Shown here: positions 34,772-44,261 of the stretch, piece by piece
Position numbering within the stretch: position 1 is the stretch's first letter
Layout: the number at the start of each line of letters is the position of its first letter
Assembly (NCBI GenBank): GCA_963700145.1
Contig: OY969474.1
Span: forward strand, 3,456,001-3,520,000
Origin: an uncultured Acidobacteriota bacterium
Lineage (GTDB): Bacteria > Acidobacteriota > Thermoanaerobaculia > Multivoradales > UBA5704
Direction of reading: 5' to 3'
DNA length: 64,000 nucleotides
Notes under the pieces: generated by a model
Seen by the model: only the letters and a program-made list of their open reading frames with translations
What the model was told of the DNA's origin: nothing
Database searches by the model: none
Made by a program: the position numbers and the translations under genes

Positions 34772-35823
34772 TTGAAGATCGCCGCCGTCGGCAAGGCCCT
34801 CCCCCCGCACTACTACGACCAGGACACTCTCCTGGAAGCCCTGCGCCAGCGCTGGGCCGACCGCCACTACAACCCCGGCCGCCTCGAGCGGCTGCACAAG
34901 AACGTGCTGGTCGGCGGCCGCCACCTGGCGCTGCCGATCGAGGAGTACGCCGGCCTCACCACCTGGGGCAAGGCCAACGACGCCTGGATCCGCGTCGCGC
35001 AGGAGGTCGGCGAGGCGGCGGTGCGCGACGCGCTCGGCGCGCGCGGGCCTCGACCCCGAGGCGATCGACGCCCTCATCTTCGTCACCGTGACCGGCGTCG
35101 CCACGCCCTCGATCGACGCCCGGCTGGTCAACCGCCTGGGGCTCTCGCCGCGCGTCAAGCGGATGCCGATCTTCGGCCTCGGCTGCGTCGCCGGCGCGGC
35201 GGGGATCGCGCGCGCCGCCGACTACGTCCGCGCCTTCCCGGACCAGGTGGCGGTGCTGCTCTCGGTCGAGCTCTGCTCGCTCACCCTGCAGCCGGAGGAC
35301 CTCTCGATCCCCAACCTGATCGCCTCCGGCCTCTTCGGCGACGGCGCCGCGGCGGTCGTCGTGGTGCGGCGACGAGCGGCCGGCCGACGGCCCGCGCATC
35401 GTCGCCACCCGCTCGATCTTCTACCCCGACTCCGAGCGCGTCATGGGCTGGGACATCTCCGAGAGCGGCTTCCAGATCGTGCTCTCCGCCGAGGTGCCGC
35501 AGGTCGTGCGCGACCACCTGCGCGCCGACGTCGACACCTTCCTCGCCGACCAGGGCCTGGCGCGCGGCGACATCGCCACCTGGATCTCCCACCCCGGCGG
35601 CCCCAAGGTGCTGGAGGCGATGGCCGAGGCGCTGGAGCTCCCCGAAGGCGCGCTCGACGTCACCTGGCGGAGCCTGCAGGAGGTCGGCAACCTCTCCTCG
35701 ACCTCGGTCCTCCTCGTCCTCCGCGACACCCTCGACTCCCACCGCCCGCCCCCCGGCAGCTACGGCCTGATCTCCGCCATGGGCCCCGGCTTCTGCTCCG
35801 AGCTGGTGCTGCTGCAGTGGTGA
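34772..35823 (+). CDS. type III polyketide synthase (frameshifted in assembly)
   Basis: Catalytic triad GLGCVAG / SHPGG / GNLSS; LFGDGA; MGPGF; indels near 35040 and 35365. Confidence 0.88.
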
Positions 35824-36421
35824 GCGCCGGCGCCGACACGCGGCTCCTCTTCACCCTCCTCGTCGTCGCCGCGGCGCTCGGGCGCGGCGTCGAGCTGCGT
35901 GATCGCCGAGCGCCACCGCCGGCGGCTGCTGGCGAACGGCGCCGTCGAGACCGGCGCCGGGCACTACCCGTGGATGGTGGCGTCTCCACGCCGCGCTTGC
36001 TCGTCGCCGCGCCGGCTGGAGGTCTGGCTCCTCGACCGGCCCTTCCTGCCCTGGCTCGCCTTCCCGATGCTCGCGCTCTTCGCGCTCGCGACGGCGCTGC
36101 GCTGGTGGGTGATCGCCACGCTCGGCGAGCGCTGGACGACGCGCATCCTCGTCCTGCCGGAGGCGCCGCCGGTCACCGGCGGGCCCTACCGCTTCCTCCG
36201 CCACCCCAACTACCTGGCGGTCGTCCTGGAGCTCGCCGCGCTGCCGCTCGTCCACACCGCCTGGCTCACCGCCCTGGCCTCGCCGCCGTGCCGAACGCCG
36301 CGATCCTCCGCGTGCGCATCCGCGCCGAGGAGCGGGCGCTCGCCGGCGCCTCCGACTACGCCGCGCGCTTCGCCGGCCGCCCGCGCCTCGTGCCGGGCGC
36401 GCCGCCCGCCGGACGCGATGA
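35820..36421 (+). CDS. isoprenylcysteine carboxyl methyltransferase family (SrsB/BpsB-like), frameshifted
   Basis: GAVE.GAGHYPWMV, LGERWTTRI, GPYRFLRHPNY, RIRAEE. Confidence 0.85.
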
Positions 36422-36665
36422 CCCGCGCCGCCGATCCTGGACGGGATCGCCGAGGTGGCGCGGCGCCACCTCGGCTGGCAGGGCGCGCTGACGCCGGCGA
36501 TGCGCCTGGTCGAGGACCTCCGGCTCGACTCGATCCGCCTGCTGACCCTGGCGGCCGAGGTGGAGAACCGTTTCCGCGTCATCCTGGACGAGGAGGACGA
36601 GCTGCGCCATCGAGACCGTCGGCGACCTGGTCGCCCTCGTGGCCGTGAAGCTGCAAGCCGGTTGA
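36418..36665 (+). CDS. acyl carrier protein, frameshifted
   Basis: LVEDLRLDSIRLLTL (Ppant Ser), VENRF, IETVGDL. Confidence 0.8.
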
Positions 36666-36673
36666 CCTGCCCC

Positions 36674-38470
36674 GTGAGCGATTCGCCGCCCGCCGCCACC
36701 CTCCTCGACCTCCTCGCGCGCGGCGGGCGCCGCCCGGACGGCGGCCTCCGCTTCCTCGACCGCGACGAGCGGGCGACCTGGGTCGGCTGGGCCGAGGTGC
36801 GCGAGCGGGCGCTGGCGGTCGCGCGGCGGCCTGCAGCGCGCTCGGCGTCGGCGCCGGGCGACCGGGTGGCGCTCGTCTTCCCCACCGGCCCCGAGTTCTT
36901 CGACGCCTTCTTCGGCGCGCTCGCTCGCCGGCGCGGTGCCGGTGCCGCTCTACCCGCCGGTGCGGCTCGGGCCGGCTCGACGAGTACCTCGAGCGCACCG
37001 CGCGCATGCTGGAGGTGGCCGGCGCCCGGCTGGTGCTCGCCGACCGCCGGGTCAAGGCGCGTGCTCGGCGAGGTCGTCGCCGCGCGCCCGCCCGCGCCTC
37101 GGCTGCCGCACGCTCGGCGAGCTGCCGGCGCGAGCGCGCCGAGCCGCCGCCGGTCGCGCCGAGCGACCTGGCGCTCGTCCAGTTCTCCTCCGGCACCACG
37201 GTCGAGCCCAAGCCGGTCGCGCTCTCGCCACCGCGCCGTCGTCGCCCAGGTGCGCAGCCTGAACAGCTTCCTGGCGGCGACACTCCGAGAGCTGCGCGAC
37301 AGCGGCGTCTCGCTGGCTGCCGCTCTACCACGACATGGGGCTCATCGGCTGCGTCTTCCCGGCCCTCGCCCGCGACGCCAGCCTCACCCTGATCGGCCCC
37401 GAGCACGTTCGTCGCCCGCCCGGCCCTCTGGCTGCGCGCCCTCTCGCGCTACCGCGCGCACGATCTCGCCGGCCCCGAACTTCGCCTACGCCCTCTGCGC
37501 GACGCGCATCCGCGACGCCGAGATGGAGGGCGTCGACCTCTCGTCCTGGCGGCCTCGCCCTCAACGGCGCCGAGCCGGTGGCGCCGCCGGTGCTGCGCGC
37601 CTTCGCCGAGCGCTTCGCCCGCTGGGGCTTCCGGCCCGAGGCGCTGACCCCGGTCTACGGCCTCTCCGAGGCGGCGCTCGCCGTCACCTTCTCCGCGCTC
37701 GACCGGCCGTTCGCGAGCCGGCGGTTCGAGCGCGAGGCGCTGGCGCGCGAGGGGCGGGCGCGTGGACGACGCCGAGGGGCGCGAGATCGTCTCGGTCGGC
37801 CGGCCGGTGCCCGGCTTCCGCCTGCGCGATCCGCGACGAGGCCGGCCGCGACGCTGCCCGAGCGCCGGGTCGGACGGCGTCTGGATCGCCGGGGCCGTCG
37901 CTCATGGAGGGCTACCTCGACGACCCCGAGGCCACCGCCGCGCGCCCTGCGCGACGGCTGGCTCGACACCGGCGACCTCGGCTTCCTCGCCGACGGCGAG
38001 CTGTACCTGACCGGCCGCGCCAAGGACGTCGTCATCCTGCGCGGCCGCAACTACGCGCCGGAGGAGATCGAGCGCGCGCGTCGACGGCGTCCCGGGCGTG
38101 CGCACCGGCTGCGCGGTGGCGGCGAGCTGGCTGCCGGAGGACGCGCCACGGCGAGGCGCTGGTGCTCTTCGTCGAGCGCCGGCGCGGGCGCCGGCCGCCG
38201 AGGAGCTCGCGGCGCTGCCCGAGGCCTGCCGCGCGGCCGTGCTGCGGCGCCACCGGCCTCGCCGTCGACGAGGTCGTCGTGCTGCCGCCGGGGACGCTGC
38301 CGCGCACCTCGTCCGGCAAGCTCCGCCGCGCCGAGGCGCTGCGGCTCTGGCTGGCCGGCGAGCTGGCGCCGCCGGAGCCGGTGACGCCGCTGCGCCTGGC
38401 CGACGGCCATGGCGCGCTCGGCGCTCGCCTACGCGCGGCTGCGCGGAGGCGCGGAGGCGACTCGGAGTGA
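36674..38470 (+). CDS. fatty acyl-AMP ligase, many indels
   Basis: [54 protein letters not shown] spread over frames. Confidence 0.85.
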   Translation: MSDSPPAATLLDLLARGGRRPDGGLRFLDRDERATWVGWAEVRERALAVARRPAARSASAPGDRVALVFPTGPEFFDAFFGALARRRGAGAALPAGAARAGSTSTSSAPRACWRWPAPGWCSPTAGSRRVLGEVVAARPPAPRLPHARRAAGASAPSRRRSRRATWRSSSSPPAPRSSPSRSRSRHRAVVAQVRSLNSFLAATLRELRDSGVSLAAALPRHGAHRLRLPGPRPRRQPHPDRPRARSSPARPSGCAPSRATARTISPAPNFAYALCATRIRDAEMEGVDLSSWRPRPQRRRAGGAAGAARLRRALRPLGLPARGADPGLRPLRGGARRHLLRARPAVREPAVRARGAGARGAGAWTTPRGARSSRSAGRCPASACAIRDEAGRDAARAPGRTASGSPGPSLMEGYLDDPEATAARPARRLARHRRPRLPRRRRAVPDRPRQGRRHPARPQLRAGGDRARASTASRACAPAARWRRAGCRRTRHGEALVLFVERRRGRRPPRSSRRCPRPAARPCCGATGLAVDEVVVLPPGTLPRTSSGKLRRAEALRLWLAGELAPPEPVTPLRLADGHGALGARLRAAARRRGGDSE

Positions 38471-39593
38471 CGCTCCGGCCGGCGTCCTGGACGTCCTGGT
38501 CGTCGGCGGCGGCCCGGCCGGTCTCGCCACCGCCATCGACGCGCGCCGCGCCGGCCTCTCGCGTCCGCGTCCTCGACCGCGCCCGGCCGCCGATCGACAA
38601 GGCCTGCGGCGAGGGGCTGATGCCCGACGCCGCCGCCCACCTGCGCCGAGCTCGGCGTCGAGCTCGCCGCCGGCGCCGGCCTCCCCTTCCGCGGCATCCG
38701 CTACCTCGACGGCGCCGCTCGTCGCCGAGGGCGACTTCCCGCGCGGCGGCGGCCTCGGCGTCCGGCGGCTCGCCCTCCACGCCGCGCTCGTCCGCCGGGC
38801 CGAGGAGGCCGGCGTCGCGCTCGCTGGGGAGTACGACGCGTGCGCGGCCTGCGGCCCGGACGGCGTCGAGACCGACCGGGGGCCGCTCCGCGGCGCGCTG
38901 GATCGTCGGCGCCGACGGCCTGCTCTCGCGGGTCCGCCGCTGGGCCGGGCTCGACGGCGCCGCCGGCGCCGCGCCGCCGCTTCGGCGTCCGCCGCCACTT
39001 CGCGCATCGCGCCCTGGAGCGACTTCGTCGAGGTCTACTGGGGGCCGGGCTGCGAGGCCTACGTCACGCCGGTCGCCGCCGGACCTGGTCGGCGTCGCCA
39101 TGCTCTGGAGCGGCGCGACGGCCGGCTTCGACGACCTCCTGGCGCGCTTCCCGGCGCTCGCCGCGCGGCTCGCCGGCGCGCCCGACGCCTCGCGCGACCG
39201 CGGCGCCGGGCCGCTCGCACCAGCGGGTCCGGGCGCGTCGCCGCGGGCAACGTGGCCCTGGTCGGCGACGCCGCCGGCTACCTCGACGCCATCACCGGCG
39301 AGGGGCTCGCCGTGGCGCTCCACCAGTCCGCGGCGCTGGTCGAGGCCCTGCCGCGGGCGACCTCGGCGCGCTACGCCGCGGCCCACCGCCGCATCGACCG
39401 GCTGCCCAACGCCATGACCCGCCTGGTGCTCGCCCTGGAGCGGCGCCCCCGGCTGCGCGCCCGGGCGATCCGCGCCCTCGCCGCCGAGCCCGCGCTCTTC
39501 TCGCCGCCTGCTCGGCATCCACGCCCGCACCCTGCCGCCGCGCGCCCTCGGGGCCGACGGGGCGCTGCGCTCTCTCGCCTGGCGGGCGGCTGA
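38467..39593 (+). CDS. FAD-dependent oxidoreductase/monooxygenase, many indels
   Basis: VVGGGPAG, DKACGEGLMP, GADG, LVGDAAGYLDAITGEG. Confidence 0.82.
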
Positions 39594-39640
39594 CCGGAGG
39601 CCGGGAGAACCGCGCGGGGCCGAATCCGCACTTACCGTCC

Positions 39641-40215
39641 ATGACCAGGCGCCAGCGCACCCTCTCCGTCGCGGCGGGCCTCGCCCTCGCCCTCCTCCCC
39701 GCCGCGCGCGGCCTCACCTTCGAGCTCGATCCCAGAAGAGCCGCATCCTCTTCGCTTCGGCGCCACCCTGCACGAGGTGCACGGGACGATGGAGATCGAA
39801 GAGGGGCGCCTCCAGTACGACCCGGCGACCCGCGCCGCCGACGGCCGGGTGGTCGTCGACCTGACCAGCGCCACGACCGGCAACGAGCGGCGCGACGAGA
39901 AGATGCACGAGAAGATCCTGGAAACCGGCCGCTACCCGCAGGCGGTCTTCACCGTCGAGCGGATGACCGGCGCCTACAACGCCATCGGCCGGAGCGACCT
40001 CCAGGTCCACGGCACGCTGGACATCCACGGCGCCACCCACCCCGTCACCTTCCCGGCGGAGGTGCGGACCGAAAACGACCGCGTGACCGCCCGCGGCCAC
40101 CTCACCATCCCCTACGTCGAATGGGGGCTCGACGACCCGAGCTTCCTCGTGTTCCGGGTGGCCAAGACGGTCGACGTCACCCTCGAAGTCGCCGGCACCC
40201 TCCGCCCCTCGCCCG
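39641..40215 (+). CDS. YceI family lipid/quinone-binding protein, frameshifted; end approximate
   Basis: Signal peptide; ATLHEVHG, TGNERRDEKM, YPQAVF, GTLDIHG. Confidence 0.8.
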
Positions 40216-40250
40216 TGCCGGGCCGCCCCGGCGTACAATCAGGGTTTGCG

Positions 40251-41819
40251 ATGAAGAAGCCCGCGCCCCACGACTGGTCCTCCCGCCGCGCCGACGAGCG
40301 CCCGGTCGAGCCGTTCCGCCCCACGGGCGGTACCGGCTGGCCCTCGCCTACGCGAACACCTACCACGTCGGCATGTCGAGCCTGGGCTTCCAGCGCGTCT
40401 ACGAGCTGGTCCACCGGCGGCCGGACTGGTCGTGCGAGCGCTTCTTCACCGACGGCGCCGGCATGCCGCTCTCGGTCGAGAGCGGGCGCCCGCTCGACGA
40501 GTTCGGCTGCGTCGCCTTCTCGGTCTCCTTCGAGGAGGACTACGTCAACCTCCTCCAGATGCTCGACCGGGCGCGCATCCCGCTGCGGCGCGAGGCGCGG
40601 CGCCCGTGGGACCCGCTGATCGTCATGGGCGGCTCCTGCGCCGTCGATCAACCCGCTGCCGATGGCGGAGTTCGTCGACGTCTTCGCCCTCGGCGCGGCC
40701 GAGAACGTCCTGCCGGCGCTGCTCGCCGCCCTCGAAGAGGAGGACGACCGCGAAGCGGTCATCGAGCGGCTCGCGGCGCACCCCGGCTTCTACGTCCCCG
40801 CCCTCCACCGCCCCGAGGAGGACGGCGACGGCCTCGCCCAAGCTGCGACAAGCTGGAGCTCACCGAGGAGCAGATGCACGCGCCCGGCCACCTGCCGACG
40901 ACCGCCATCGTCACCCCGCGCACCGAGTTCGCCGAGAAGTTCCTGATCGAGATGTCGCGCGGCTGCCCCGAGAAGTGCCGGTACTGCTGGGCCACCTTCG
41001 GCATGGGCCAGTTCCGCTGGCACCCGACCGAGTACATCCTCGGCTCGCTCGACCGCGCGCGCCCGGTCACCGACCAGCTCGGCTTCGTCGCCACCGCCGT
41101 CGGCGACCACCCGGACATCGAGAAGATCCTGCGCGAGGCGAACGGGCTCGGCTTCCGCACCTCGGTCTCCTCGATCCGCATCCCGGCGGTGACCGAGGGC
41201 GTGCTCGACGCGCTCCACGCCTCGGGCGACCGCTCGATCACCCTGGCGCCCGAGACCGGCACCGACGAGCTGCGGGTCAAGATGGGCAAGCCGATCCCCA
41301 ACGCCTTCCTGCTCGAGAAGGTCCGGCTGATCTTCCGCCACGGCTTCACCCAGCTCAAGCTCTACTTCATCATCGGCCTGCCCGACGAGACGATGGAGGA
41401 CGTCCAGGGCATCCTCGAGCTCGCCGCCCGCGCCGCGCCGTCATGCTCGAGGAGGCGGCGAAGACCGGCGTCATCGGCCACGTCCACCTCGGGCGTCAAC
41501 GTGCTGGTGCCGAAGCCCTACACCCCCTGGCAGCGCGAGCCGATGGACGACGAGCGGAGCCTCAAGGAGAAGATCGCGGTCCTCAAGAAGGGCGTGGCGC
41601 GGCTGCCCAACGTCTCGATGGGCTCGATCTCGATCCGCCAGGCGGTCTGGCAGACCTACATCAGCAAGGCCGGCAGCGACGCCGCCGACGCCATCGAGCT
41701 GGCCGCCCGCGGCGAGCACCTCTCGGCCCTCCTCCGCCGCTTCGCGCCCGCAGATCCACCCGGAGGTCTTCCGCCCCCTGGAAGGCGACCTCCGCTGGCA
41801 CTTCATGCGCACCGGCTGA
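40251..41819 (+). CDS. radical SAM protein with B12-binding-like N-terminus, frameshifted
   Basis: YANTYHVGMSSLGF, FSVSFE, EMSRGCPEKCRYC, TLAPETG, LKLYFIIGLP, VPKPYTP. Confidence 0.85.
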
Positions 41820-41830
41820 ACCCCGGCGCC

Positions 41831-42118
41831 ATGAGCGAACCCGTCCAGCCCAAGAACGAGCCGATCCACCCCGGCCGCCAGTGGGTGGGCAAGCTCGCGA
41901 AGACCGGCCTGCCGGTCCTGATCGCCCTCTGGGCCTGGCCCGCCGTGCGCGGCCTCCTGGAGGGCTGGGCGGAGCGGGGGGAGGGGGCGGGGCTCGAGCG
42001 CCTGCTCCTCTTCGCGGCCATTGCTTTAGCGCCTTGGCTCCTCAAGTGGCGGACCCAGCGCGCGGCGAAGCCGGCGACGACCGGGCCGGACCCTACGAAG
42101 CCTCTCGAACCCTCCTGA
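41831..42118 (+). CDS. small membrane protein (95 aa)
   Basis: ATG 41831; two hydrophobic segments. Confidence 0.55.
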   Translation: MSEPVQPKNEPIHPGRQWVGKLAKTGLPVLIALWAWPAVRGLLEGWAERGEGAGLERLLLFAAIALAPWLLKWRTQRAAKPATTGPDPTKPLEPS

Positions 42119-42127
42119 AGCCCCCAA

Positions 42128-42205
42128 GATCCTCCGGCGGCACCCCGGGATAAGGCCGGGGCGGCGGCGTGGTAGGCATCGACTCCGAACGAGCGGGCAT
42201 CCCAA
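42128..42205. repeat. mosaic of short duplicates of downstream sequence
   Basis: 42132-42152 is identical to 43844-43864; 42167-42205 is identical to 46362-46400. Confidence 0.8.
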
Positions 42206-42313
42206 CCGCGCGGTCCCGTCCGCTCGACCCTGCCCGGCGGAAAGGCCCGGCAATCCAGGCACGTCGGGGGCACTTGCGCCGCTCTGGCGCGTCGGATCCC
42301 TGCGCCGTGGTAG

Positions 42314-42544
42314 TTATGGGCAGCCAGTTGAACAACTGGGAAGGCACGCGCCCATGCACTGGTTATATGCTTCCCAATTGTAAGGGTTAACCGGCGGTTG
42401 CTGGCAAGCGAGCCAGCAGTTATTAGCACACTCTTGGTCGTCCACGCAGCTTGCAGCCGGTCTGGGCGGAATCAGCATTGCCGCTATGAAAAGGACTCCC
42501 AGGATTCCAATCCTGCAGAGTGCGTAGGGAGTCTTAGTTCTCAT
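42314..42544 (-). CDS. secreted 8-Cys small peptide (76 aa)
   Basis: AAGGAGGT SD 4 nt before ATG; signal peptide; Cx5Cx3Cx3C-x15-Cx3Cx3Cx3C. Confidence 0.75.
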   Translation of the reverse strand: MRTKTPYALCRIGILGVLFIAAMLIPPRPAASCVDDQECANNCWLACQQPPVNPYNWEAYNQCMGACLPSCSTGCP

Positions 42545-43053
42545 AAACACCTCCTTATGTTGGCAGAGCTCAATTGCTCCGCCCAGCCGCTGCTTCTACG
42601 GAATGGATGACTCTCGCACGCAGCACGCGGAGATCCTTCGACTGTCCGCATATGGTCCTGTTCGGCAAACCGGTGCAGACCCAACAGATGCCTTCCTCCC
42701 TATAAGCTACGAGATGATAACAGCGAAGGAGTTCAAACGCAAATGCGACGCCCTAGCGCGATGTTCGCGGTTCGTCGTGGCCCGGGCCAAGGCTTAGACC
42801 TGGGCCGTGGGCTTCCGAGCGTCGCGGGGGACGACGCCTCGGCCCGGCGATTGCCGGGTGCCCCGGCCGGCCGGTTTCGATGCCGCAGTTTTCCGTTGAC
42901 TGGAGCGGGAAGCAGCTGATAGCGTAAGTTCGGCGTAGGGGAGAATCGCAGAGCGCGTAAAGCCGGAGCCGAGTCTCGGGCCGAGAGGTGAAAGCGGGCA
43001 CGACAGAGTTGCAGCTCTGCCGCGCCCTCGACCAGACAGGAGGGTCTAGCTCC

Positions 43054-43422
43054 ATGTCCAGCCGTGACACGAAGTGTAGCAACCGCCGTCTGTCGGCCCA
43101 GGCCGGCCCCTTTTCCGGCCCCTACATCCCTTACCCCGATCCGTTTTCCGCCGAGGACCACCGGCTGCTCGAGCTCCACGAGCGGGCGGCGGAGACCGCT
43201 GCGCTCCACGAGGAGGCGCGGGGGGAGGAGCTGAGAGAGCGCCGCCGGCGGGCGCGGGCGGCGGGGCGGAGGGCCGGGACGGTGTCGGCGCGGTGGCAGC
43301 CGGCGGGGGCGGCGCCCTACTTGCGGCTCTCCGGGAGGTGGCTGCTGGCGGCCGGGTTCGAGATGGGGCGGGGAGTCGAAGTCGAGGTGCGCTCGGGGAA
43401 GCTGGTAATCCGGGCGGTTTGA
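43054..43422 (+). CDS. symE: SymE family type I toxin
   Basis: PYLRLSGRWLLAAGFEMGRGVEVEVRSGKLVI; AGGAGG upstream; leader hairpin. Confidence 0.8.
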   Translation: MSSRDTKCSNRRLSAQAGPFSGPYIPYPDPFSAEDHRLLELHERAAETAALHEEARGEELRERRRRARAAGRRAGTVSARWQPAGAAPYLRLSGRWLLAAGFEMGRGVEVEVRSGKLVIRAV

Positions 43423-43440
43423 GTCCCGCGCGGACGGGAA

Positions 43441-43840
43441 GGGTCGCCGCGAGACCGGCGGCAGGCGCCGCGGGGCTGGCGGTGGACGCCTTTCGGACGG
43501 CGGCGGTCGCCTTTCGGACCGCGGCGCACGCCTTTCGGACGGCGGCGATCCCCGCGGGCTCGGCGGCAGGCGCCGCGGGGCTGGCGGTGGTCACCTTTCG
43601 GACGGCTGGCGGTCGCCTTTCGGACCGCGGCGTACGCCTTTCGGACCGCGGCGGTCGCCGCGGGCTTGGCGGCGAGCGCCGCAGGGCCGGCGGCGGTCTG
43701 TTTTCGGACCAACGGGCAGGTTTTCGGACGGCGGCGGTCGCTTTTCGGACGGCGGCGCCCGCTTCGGGCTTGGCGGCGCGCCCCGCGGGAGCGGAAGGTG
43801 GTCCATTTTCGGACGGCGGCGGTAGATTTTCGGACCGCGG
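43441..43840. repeat. 21-bp-period TTTCGGAC array in ~105-bp super-units
   Basis: TTTCGGAC at 43491, 43512, 43533, 43596, 43618, 43639, 43702, 43722, 43743, 43807, 43828. Confidence 0.9.
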
Positions 43841-43894
43841 ATGCTCCGGCGGCACCCCGGGATATCGCCGGAGCGGCGGAAAACGTTTCCACGT

Positions 43895-44190
43895 CCTCTG
43901 AGGAGGTCACCGGAAGGCCTGAGGATGCTCCTCCGGGGCCCGAGGATGTCGTATCAGAGCCTGAGGATATCGCCGGAAGCGCTGAGGATATCGCCGGAAG
44001 CGCTGAGGATGTATCCGGAAGCGCCGAGGATCTATCCGGAACGCCTGAGGATGTATCCGGAAGCGCTGAGGATGTTGTAATGCCTGAGGATAGATCCGGA
44101 AGCGTTGAGGACTATCTGAAGCCGTGAGGATCTATCCGGAACGCCTGAGGATAGATCCTCAGCGCTCGCTCCCTTATCCTCAGGCGTTGC
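43895..44190. repeat. 21-bp-period GAGGA array with terminal inverted copies
   Basis: GAGGA at 43900, 43921, 43942, 43963, 43984, 44005, 44026, 44047, 44068, 44086, 44107, 44126, 44147; inverted ATCCTCAG at 44155 and 44176. Confidence 0.9.
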
Positions 44191-44261
44191 TACGGCATCT
44201 CCCGCCGCTCCGGGAACGTCCTGGAGCTCCGCTCCAACAACCGGCGGAGCTCAGGGGGTGT

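Noticed and set aside
39777-40619. YceI-radical SAM fusion
   Set aside because: It lies in the indel-rich zone, and the radical SAM has its own ATG (40251) with an upstream TACAAT
34772-41819. Programmed frameshifting or true pseudogenes in the PKS cluster
   Set aside because: Indels are numerous, scattered and lack slippery motifs; sequencing error is the simpler explanation
43441-44190. CRISPR array
   Set aside because: The period is only 21 bp with 5-8-bp cores, the intervening sequences resemble each other rather than being unique spacers, and there are no cas genes in the window
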